A stretch of DNA of 64,000 bases. Source: Mobula birostris (Eukaryota). Positions 38,455 to 48,079 of this stretch are shown piece after piece. Numbering within the stretch: position 1 is the first letter of the stretch; every line of letters begins with the position of its first letter. The notes under the pieces were generated by a model, which worked only from the letters and a program-made list of their open reading frames with translations, was not told the origin of the DNA and did no database searches. The translations under genes and the position numbers were made by a program. Where the stretch lies: positions 45,046,400 to 45,110,399 of the forward strand of contig NC_092378.1 of the NCBI RefSeq assembly GCF_030028105.1. The letters run 5' to 3'.

Positions 38455-39933
38455 GAGATCCATTTCTTTAGAGCTGTATTCAAAAGATGACACTAATAAC
38501 AATTTTGCACTCCAATAACAAATGAGAAAAGTAATCCCCTCTCACTTCTGACTTAAATGGAGAGGCCTTGTTCTGAAACTGTGCCGCAAGTTACATTTTC
38601 TCAGCCTCTACCTTGTTAAGCCCCCTCAGAATGTTTGAGTAAGTTCACCTCTTGTTCTTATATATTCCAACTTGATGGAGTTTTGGCAACCCTTCATCTT
38701 AGGAACCAACAAGTGATTGGCTCTAATTGGAACTCCAACACAGTAATGGAGGTGTGGTCTCAACAATGTCCAATACAGTTGTAAGACAGTGTTCTGTTGT
38801 CTAAATCCATTCAGAAATAGTTTGTTTACTTAATCTTCCTTACAGATCAGATAAGATCACATATCATACATCATCTGCAAAACTTCTGACCACATGCTTA
38901 ACCTATCTACATCCTTGCAGACTTTGTTTTCCTCATACCATGTTGGCCCACCTATCTTTTGTCAATACACTTAGTCACAGTAAACCGTTCCTTCACCTAA
39001 CTCACCTAGACTGTAAATATTTGAGGCATAAACACTGATAGTTCTGGTACCTCACTAGTTACAGTTTACCATCCTGAAAATAATCCATTTATTCTAGGGC
39101 TCCTTTTTTTGCTAGTAAACCAGTCCTTACATGTGCTAATGTAGTATCACCAATGCTTCGAGCTCTCGCTTTCTGCAGTGACAGTTCACTAAATGCTTTT
39201 CAAAAATCCAAATATATTACACCTACTTGTTCTCCCTGAGGCATCCTACTCCCTACAACCAAAAAATAACTCTAAGTTTGTCAAGCCTGAGTGATTCCCC
39301 TTTCAAAAAATAATATGTTACTTTGCTTGATATTCTTGTCATTTTCCCTTGTTACACTTGTGGTGTTCTAACCTGTCAGAGCCTTTCCAAAATCTAGTGA
39401 GTTTTGGAACAACAGACCTCTGCAGCCGCTTTCTCCAAGACTCGGTCAGCCTTTAGTGCTATTTATTAACCATACACCTTTACCTTGCTTTAAGTTCCCT
39501 CCTCCCTGTTGCCTGGATTTGCTACTCCTTTTGCATATTTATTCAAAGTCACTGCCATTTTATTATTTGCCTTTATTAATTCCCCAGTCTTATCCAGTAA
39601 GGACTAACATTTGCCATGGCAACCCACCTCATGTTTTGGGTTCTCTTCTCAACAATGTAAGTTTGTGTCTCCTAAAAGTATCCCAACTCACATTCTAGTG
39701 GAATGGGTTGACATTTACCCTGTGAGACCTCAAGCGCTTTTCTCAAACCTTGATGCACTCCATTTTCCCTAGTGATTGAACTAATCCAGCCAATCCCTTC
39801 TGAATGCTCTCCAAGGTCTAATTTCCTGCCTGCAGTGAGATGTTCTGTGCCCTCAGAGGACCAGAGCAGAGGCAGCAGAGTACAGCAAAGTCCCGAACTC
39901 TTGCGGTATATGTTGGTGGATGTGCTCTCTTAC

Positions 39934-40115
39934 CATGCACGGACAGCCAGCCATCGACACGATCTTTCCCTTTGGAGTTCGTGGCTTCACATTCGTAGGA
40001 GCCCTCGTCCTCAGGCTGGATGTTTGACAGCCTCAGAACGGTGTTGAAATTGAGCAGCTCAGCACTGCTGGGCAGGCTGCCCCCCACCTTCCGCCACTGG
40101 ATCCAAGGGATTGGG
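39934..40115 (-). CDS. CNTN1: Contactin-1-like exon (182 nt), Ig3: PIPWIQWRKVGGSLPSSAELLNFNTVLRLSNIQPEDEGSYECEATNSKGKDRVDGWLSVH
   Basis: Real coding part of ORF 39818..41608(-); cttcag|C acceptor, CATG|gtaag donor; EDEGxYECEA Ig motif. Confidence 0.93.
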
Positions 40116-40365
40116 CTGAAGGAAGAGAGGGAGGAAGGCAATGAAGGGGAGGGAAAGACAGGGAAGGGGGGTGAAGGAGAGAGATGGGGAAGAGAGAAAG
40201 AAAGGAGAGTAAGACAAGGGGAGAAGAAACAGGAAGGGAGGAGAGAAGGACAGGTTGAAGAAGGGGAAGGGAGTGTTGTTGTGGGAAGGGCAGGGAGGGA
40301 AGTAAAAGTTTTGGGAGAGGGGTAGGGTGGAAAGGAGGAAGGGGTAGAGAGGGAGGAGGAGAGAT

Positions 40366-40676
40366 GGAAGTGGGAGAAAAAGAGGGAAAGGTGGGAGAGA
40401 GGGGGAAAGGTGGGAGAGAGGGGGAAAAGTGGGAGAGAGGGGGGAAAGTGGGAGGGAAAAGTGGGAGAGAGGGAAAAGTGGGAGAGAGAGGGAAAAGTGG
40501 GAGAGAGAGGGAAAAGTGGGAGAGAGAGGGAAAGGTGAGAGAGAGGGAAAGGTGGGAGAGAGAAGGAAAGGTGAGAGAGAGGATAGGTGGGAGAGAGAGG
40601 GAAAGGTGGGAGAGAGAGAGGGCAAGGTGGGAGAGAGAGAGGGAAAGGTGGGGGAGAGAGAGAGAGAGGGAAAGGT

Positions 40677-40714
<38 letters not shown>

Positions 40715-41003
40715 AAGGTGAGAGAGAGAGAGAGAGAGGGAAAGGTGGGAGAGAGAGAGGGGAAGGTGGGAGAGAGAGAGGGGAAGGTGGGAGAGAGAGA
40801 GGGGAAGGTGGGAGAGAGAGAGAGGGGAAGGTGGGAGAGAGAGAGGGGAAGGTGGGAGAGAGAGAGGGGAAGGTGGGAGAGAGAGAGGGGAAGGTGGGAG
40901 AGAGAGAGGGGAAGGTGGGAGAGAGAGAGGGGAAGGTGGGAGAGAGAGAGGGGAAGGTGGGAGAGAGAGAGGGAAAGGTGGGGGAGAGAGAGAGAGAGGG
41001 AAA

Positions 41004-41046
<43 letters not shown>

Positions 41047-41360
41047 TGAGAGAGAGAGAGAGAGAGGGAAAGGTGGGAGAGAGAGAGGGGAAGGTGGGAG
41101 AGAGAGAGGGGAAGGTGGGAGAGAGAGAGGGGAAGGTGGGAGAGAGAGAGAGGGGAAGGTGGGAGAGAGAGAGGGGAAGGTGGGAGAGAGAGAGGGGAAG
41201 GTGGGAGAGAGAGAGGGGAAGGTGGGAGAGAGAGAGGGGAAGGTGGGAGAGAGAGAGGGGAAGGTGGGAGAGAGAGGGGAAGGTGGGAGAGAGAGGGGAA
41301 GGTGGGAGAGAGAGGGGAAGGTGGGAGAGAGAGGGGAAGGTGGGGAGAGTGGGAAAGTGT
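40366..41360. repeat. Purine-rich minisatellite, main unit GAGAGAGAGGGGAAGGTGG (17-21 nt variants) with (GA)n runs
   Basis: Directly visible tandem array; explains the long low-complexity ORFs on both strands. Confidence 0.97.
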
Positions 41361-42344
41361 GGGCATAGAGGAAAGGGGTGGAGAGATGGGTAGAGAGGAA
41401 AGAAATGAGGGGAGTGAGAGAAAGAAGTGAATGCCAGTTTGTATAGTAGTCCAATTTCAAAAGCAATGCACATGTTGGGATTAACACCAGAGGTCTGGGG
41501 CAAAAAGAAACGGATCCACATATTCCTCAATTTACTGAGGTAAACTTGGCTAAGAAGAAGACCTACCAGTATAAGATCTTTTTGATCAAGCTGGAAATAT
41601 GAAAGCATATTTGGTGTAAATGTGTCTTATAGGAGAACTTCAAAAAAAAACTGTCCCAAGCACACTTGCAGCATGACACAGAGAATATTATTCTGTGACA
41701 CTCTGCCCCTTTGCCCAGGCCAAGCCTACTTCTGTCACTTAAACAGAGAGCAGTATTGAATTTATTCCCCTAGATTTAAGATCACTTTCTGTGTTTCACT
41801 GTATCTGTATTAATCAGCCTATAAATGAACCAAGGAGCTCACAAGGAGGCCGTCAGGTTACTGATCACGCTTTAAGAGATAACCGCAATGCCAAACTCTT
41901 TCCTTATGTCCTGGCTCTACCATCATTTCAAACAGTGCACCTTTAGCCCTAAAAGCATTTTGTTTCATTAAAAACTCTTCTCTCTGAAGAAATAGCATGT
42001 TCCCTCTCATTTAACTACCCAGCTGCTCGAGGCAACAGCTCTACAAACTATTAATAGTGATTTACAGGGAAAGGAACAGAGTGAAGGGAGCTAGAAGGGA
42101 CCTTCCTATTGGCTGTGATGGATCAGGACCAGAACTACAGTAATCCCTCTGAAAGAGGGCACCCCCATCTCTCAGCCTCACCAACACCATCCTGCTCATC
42201 TGGTGCCGAGGCTATTTTCAGCTTTTAAAAATGACGAAACAAATCCCAGGTTACCCAAGTGATTTTACTGGTGCCTTTATTTATTTGGTCTTCTCTAGCT
42301 AATGAAGCTTGCTGTAATGTTATCTTACTTCTGATTTCAGAACT

Positions 42345-42890
42345 GTTTTACCCTGGAACCGTTTACTCCAGCATTATTTACCCTGGGGAGATTCAACCCA
42401 GATGCACAATTTAGTTTAGTCTATGATTTTTCTCACATATACTGAGATACTGAGCTTGACTTGCATACTTTCCATAGAGATCAAACCATTACACAGTGCA
42501 CTGAGATAGAACAAGGTAAAACAATAGCAGAATGCAGAATAAAGTGTGGCAGCTACAGAGAAAGTGCAGTGCAGGTAAACAATGAAGTGTAGGATCATAT
42601 TGAGGGATTTTACAATTTACCACAGCATGGGAATAACACTACATGATTTACCCCAGTGCAGTTTTCCCAGCAGGGTTTACATTGGCATGGTTCACCCAGT
42701 GTAGCTTACATTGGCATGGGTTGTCAAAACAAAACTGAACCTGGCACAATTTATCCAAGTATGGGTTGCCCCAGATTGGTTTATCCCAGCATATGTTAAC
42801 CCAATGTGATTTAGCCTAATGTCGGTTACCTAAGTAAATTTTTCCCAAATGTATATTGCACCAGTGTGCTTTACCCCAGCAAAGTTTCTC
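42345..42890. repeat. Highly degenerate 15-bp tandem repeat (consensus about TTTACCCCAGCATGG), split by an insertion at about 42410-42605
   Basis: Successive units such as tttaccccagtgcag, tttatccaagtatgg, gttgccccagattgg, tttatcccagcatat and tttaccccagcaaag. Confidence 0.7.
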
Positions 42891-43468
42891 TTAAGCAAAA
42901 TGCTGGAGGAAGTCAGCAGCATCAATGGAAAAAAGTACAGCTGACGATTTGGGCAGCGACCCTTCTCCAAGACTGGAGGAAAGAAGATGAGGAGCAGATT
43001 TAAAAGGATGTACTTTTGTACTTTTTTCCATAGATCTTGCGTGACCTGCTGAGTTCCTCCAACATTTTGTGTGTTTTGCATGGATTTCCAGCACCTGTAG
43101 ATTTTCCTTTGAGTGTGAAAGTTGCCCCTACTCCAGCATGGATTTCTCTAACTGAGGCAAAAAAAAAAGACAGCATCCAGTAACAGGAACAGGGAATGGT
43201 GGAAACACTGAGCAGGCCAGACAGTATCCATGTGGAGAGGAACCAAACTGACGTCATCAGTCAAAAATTCCCCATCAGAACTGAAAAGGTGTGAAATCCT
43301 GTCTTAACTTGTAGAGAGCGGTAGAGGGGACAAGGGAAATGTCTGTTCTGGAGTTTTGACCAAAGTTGTCAAGGTAATAGTTACAATGAGATTAACAAAT
43401 GGTTTACCCCAGTCTGCCTTGACCCTGGAGTAGTTTCTGATTCACACCAATAAAGCTGAATCCTGGCC

Positions 43469-43565
43469 ACACACATCAAAGTTGCTGGTGAATGCAGCAG
43501 GCCAGGCAGCATCTCTAGGAAAAGCTACAGTCCACGTTTCGGGCCGAGACCCTTCGTCAGGACTG
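43469..43565 (-). mobile_element. PLE terminal fragment with a hammerhead whose cleavage triplet is GUG
   Basis: Minus strand cagtc-ctgacga-agggtctcggccc-gaaac-gtg-gactg; flanked by gctgaatcctgg on both sides (likely TSD). Confidence 0.8.
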
Positions 43566-43947
43566 CTGAATCCTGGTCTACTTATCCTCAGCACTTTTCA
43601 CTTCCAAGCACATCTTCCCCCAAAATATTCATTTCAAGCACAGATTGCCCACGAGAGCAAAATGTGACCTCAGCCTCAGGAGCTGGGTTGGGCTCAGGTT
43701 TCACATTTGACCTGCTGGCCCTGTCTGCCCTGTTCGCACTGTCAGTTCACATGCAATAGGATGAGTGCAGAAATGTATTCCAGAGCACTCAGCAGAGTCA
43801 CTACCAGGATCCTCAGAGAGGTTTGCATTTGCAGGAATAGGTTCAGAGGGCAAGCGTTGCATTGATATGGCAATACAGGAAACTGATGGTAAAGGCTGAC
43901 ACAGCGCAAGACTGATAGGGGCTGAATGCAGCAACTTGGGATGAGCT

Positions 43948-44750
43948 AAGTTCAAAGTACGTTTATTATCGAATTAGGTATACCATATAGAACCCTGGGA
44001 TTCACCTTCAGGCAGGCAGCCGCAACACAAAGAAACACAATGGAATCCACACACAACAAAGGCTGTCGAACATACAAAATGCGAAGAAAGAACAGACTGT
44101 GCAAACAATAAAAAAGGTAAACAAATAACGCACAGAACATGAACCGCAGAGTCTCCGAAAGTGGGTCCACAGCCACAGAGTCAGTTTAGTGCTGAAGAGC
44201 GTAGAGGTGGCTGCAGGGCAACAACTGCTCTCAAAATCTGGTGGCAGGAGGACTTTGGCACCAGCCTCCAGATGGCAGCAGCGAGACGAGAGGGTCAAAT
44301 GCAGGCAGACGGGACAGGGTCAGATGGGGGATCCTGGTTGACACAGAGTAGTGAGCTGTACGTCTCTGCACTCAGCCGTGACGCCTTAATCTTTTTAATC
44401 CGGCTCCGCACTTACATCGGCTCAACATCAGTTCATTTTTCACTCTCTCGCCTGGGTCGTGCAACTTCAGTCTGGTTTCAAATGGGCCCAAAGTTTTAAT
44501 CCAGCCAAAGTCTGCTCCAGCAACGGTGCAGTGGCTGTACCTGCACACTTCAGAGTCCAGTTTGCCGAATCCTTCAGGATACTGCCAAAACGTCAGATAG
44601 TTCGGGCAATTCAAAAGCACAATTCCCAAAGGGAAGTAAAGGGCTGCAAACTGCAGTAATCATAATCCAGAAAGAAAGTATATTTAGTAGAATAGCTAGT
44701 AGTTTTGTTAGCTGTCTGCAAAACATCACCGTATATCACCATCACCATCC
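43948..44750 (-). mobile_element. Non-autonomous Rex1-type retroposon
   Basis: 3' tail gataataaacgtactttgaact on the minus strand matches the Rex1-type tails at about 8470 and 10110; no intact ORF. Confidence 0.55.
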
Positions 44751-45089
44751 GTCATTGGGCCGATGAGCCAATAAATCTGTGCCTGTTGGGTCAATGAGCC
44801 TGTTGTCTGTGCTACATTGATCTTTGTTTCTTAAAGGTCTCACTCCCCTGGGCTGTGAATCAGGAATCCAAGGGGAGAAGACATCACCTTTCCTGGTTCC
44901 TGCAGAGAAGAGTGTGGGTGTCCCTGAACAGTAGAATGAGATGTACCATTCATGGTTGAAGAGCCGGCCAATGGATACTGCCTGTTGGTCTGCACTGGGC
45001 TTGTATTTTCCTGCATACTCACACAACACAGGGCAGATAACTACAGAGTGATCTCAAGTGGTGCATGCAGCCTGTTATAGCCACTCCGA

Positions 45090-46180
45090 CTAGATTTCTT
45101 ACTTTTTTAACTTACGTTATTTGTTGTATTTTTTTTTCACGGTAACACGTTGAAGCTACACCCTCTCTAACATGCTGGTGGAGAGAGTTTTATTTGGGTC
45201 TTTAGCGCTGGAAATAGTTACATTTGGACACGTCTCATTAGCAGGGCAGCAGTATGGTTGCATTGTTTATTCCAGGGACCAGCTGATTGTGCTTATGCCG
45301 GACGGTTTAGCGAACAGAGTGGCGGACACCCCTGCTGAAATCTGGAGGGAAACACACAGAGGATGCAGAGGGGGATCAAAAAGGCAAGGGAAGAGGACCG
45401 GGTCGAGACAACAGAGACTTATGGAGAAGAGGAGTTATAAGCCGTGTCGCCCCTCTCTCATTATGGGCAATGTGAGATCGCTGGGTAATAAAATGGATGA
45501 GTTGACGGCGCTAGCCAGGAGTCAGAGAACATTTCGGGAGTGCAGTGTTATGTGTTTTACTGAAATGTGGCAGCATGAGGACATACCCGACCAAAACGTT
45601 TCCATAAAGGGCTTCCAGACCGTTCGGGCTGACCGGAAGTGCACTGAGAGCGGTAAGCGTAAAGGAGGGGTGACTTGCTGTTCTGGTTAACAACAGATGG
45701 TGCAATCCTGGTCATATTACGATCAAGGAACGTGTTTGTAGCCCGGATATTGAACTTTTTGCTGTTGGACTCCAGCCATCTTATATGCCAAGGGAAATCT
45801 CACATGCAATTGTGGCTGTTGTGTACATCCCTCCCTCTGCCAACCTGACATCGGCGTGTAACATAATTTACACCGTTGGGCACAGGAGTACATTCAGCCA
45901 GAGACTCATTCCACCGGATGCAGCACTGAGCGTCATGGGAAGTCATTCCTGACTGTGGCCATCAAACTTTGCAGCTCCTCCCTTGGAGGGTCAGACACCC
46001 TGGGCCAATGGGCTGGTCCTGGACTTATTTCCATCTGGCATGGTTTACATATTATTATTTGATAGTTTGTGGTTTTGTATTGCTATGTTTGTACTCTGTT
46101 CTTGGTTGGTGCAACTGTAACGAAACCTAATTTCTCTCGGGATCAATAAAGTATGTCTATCTATCTATCTATCTATCTAT
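45090..46180 (+). mobile_element. Internally deleted Rex1/Babar-like LINE (N-terminal APE endonuclease joined to the 3' end, (CTAT)n tail)
   Basis: ORF 45172..45690 has PSLIMGNVRSLGNKMDEL...CSVMCFTE.W...GFQTVRADR...SGKRKGG; jumps to C-terminal sequence near 45880; gatcaataaagta then (tcta)n. Confidence 0.82.
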
Positions 46181-46798
46181 GAGAAATCACGTTAAAGAAA
46201 ATCATGAACAACCCCCCCAGAAAGATGGTTCCTAGACTGTGTGATCAGACTGCAATGACTGAGGTGCGATCGGTCTGGTTTTCATTATGGGATGCATGCT
46301 TCACAGGGATTAGCTGCCATTTAACTGTCCTTCACCTATCACTATAGAGAAGGTGATGGTGAAATCATGGAATCATGGAACAGAGAAATACAGCCTTCAG
46401 TCCACCGAGTCCCAGGCATCAAGCACTGCAGTGGGGAATCCAAAACAAGAGGAGGAAATCTTGAGATTACACCCAGAGTAATGAGGGGATAAATCAGGAA
46501 GCACTCTCCCACAGGGAACGGGAAATGCTAAATTCTCCCTTCCAAACGCTAGAGCCTTAAGTAGTTGATTTCAGACTGAGATCGCTTTGAGGCAAGGGTT
46601 TCACGGGATAATGAACCGCAGCGAGAAATAGATGAGGAATTCATTGTTATTGCAGGTGTGAGAGGCTGAATTGCCTATTCCTGCTCCTCCATATACACTG
46701 CACTTCATTAATAGCTACACACACTGTAAGAAGAGTAATGTAGCAAGGGGAGACTCCCTCATTGTTCACACCACAACTTCTTTAATCTTCCTACTTAC

Positions 46799-46898
46799 TT
46801 TCCAAGCGCAAAGCATTCAAGAGTCAGATTTTCACCCATCAGGACCTGGGTATCGGAGAACTTCACCTGAATGTCAGCAGGATATCTTTTCACTAAGC
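46799..46898 (-). CDS. CNTN1: Contactin-1-like exon (100 nt): (G)LVKRYPADIQVKFSDTQVLMGENLTLECFALGN
   Basis: Manual translation; tcccag|GC acceptor, AA|gtaagt donor; YPADI..F.D...LMG.N.TLECFALGN contactin Ig3 motif. Confidence 0.93.
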
Positions 46899-47655
46899 CT
46901 GGGATTTAAAAAAAAAACGGGGGTGTTTCTGATCATTGCTACTGGAACAAAATGAAGCAAGCGTACATAGTCAGGACCCATTTAATAGCCTTCATCAATC
47001 ATTTAATAGCAATTTCAACAAAATTAAATTGAAGACGCAATGCGTTCAGCCATAAGACGGCTGAGGCAGAAGTAGACTGGAGCAGTCAGCAAAGCAGCAG
47101 CAGCTATGGAGAAAGAACCAGTTCTGACTGGGGTCACAGATGGATAGGATATGGAACCAGGCCTTTCGGCCCATTGAGTCCATGCCAACAACTATCAATC
47201 ACCATAAGTACTCCTCCTGCACTTTTCACCTTGTCACTGACAGGGTAAATAATCACTGAAGAGAAATGTTAATTCCATTCTGTTCTCCATTGATGCGGCC
47301 TGCGATGCTAAGTGTTTCCAAAACTTTCCACTCAATCTTCAGATGTTTATGTAACCAAGACACAAAATTGGGAGATTTGCAGTATCTATCCTACCCCGTA
47401 CTTGAATATTTTATCCTAACCATAGCAGGTTTGCGCTGTTAACGCATGAAAATGCCAGAGAGCTTGTGAACTCTTGAAATTTACTATTAAATCAAGAGAT
47501 CGCATCCTGAAGATATTAGGATGCCTTTATCTTTTGGATTCAAGATTCTTTACATTTAATCATCTGCAATAAATCCCATCTGCAAAACAAACAAAAGTCC
47601 CGAAAAGCAAACATTTGAGGAAAAATTTGCAAAAGCAAAAATGATTAATTCTTAC

Positions 47656-47862
47656 CACCTGTTTGAGGGATGAGAGGGATGTACTTGCTGAAAACACTTT
47701 TGGAAATGGATGGACTGCTGACCATACAGGAGTAATTGCCCAAGTCGGTGTCTTCCACTTTCGCAATGTAGAGGTTTCCAGTGGTCTGGGAAACAAAATG
47801 GCGCCGGCTGGACACAATAAACCTGGGGAAAGCGTTCAGCAGCCAGCGATACCTGAGGTCAT
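47656..47862 (-). CDS. CNTN1: Contactin-1-like exon (207 nt), Ig2: [69 protein letters not shown]
   Basis: Inside ORF 47645..47881(-); ccccacag|AT acceptor, G|gtaag donor; SSPSI.KSVFSK.IPLIP matches CNTN1 better than CNTN2. Confidence 0.93.
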
Positions 47863-48079
47863 CTGTGGGGAAACCAAACAAAATCTGCGTGGAAACCAGA
47901 GCTCAAAGGAAGATAGGACCTGAAGCAAAACACGAATTTTGAAAATTGCATACCACTGCCCTATTGGGGATTAACTCACTATATCCCTAGGAGACAACTG
48001 GACAACTCCCTTAACAATCTGGCCTGGTGACCTGTGGTAAACCACATATGTATATGTAACCATCCTCCAAACCCTGCAC

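Noticed and set aside
39818-41608. Long ORFs (596, 484, 435 aa minus; ER/GK-rich ORFs plus)
   Set aside because: They are translations of a stop-free minisatellite; only 39934-40115 is a real exon, bounded by splice sites.
42345-42890. CRISPR-like periodicity
   Set aside because: Contiguous degenerate units without spacers in vertebrate DNA, and no cas genes.
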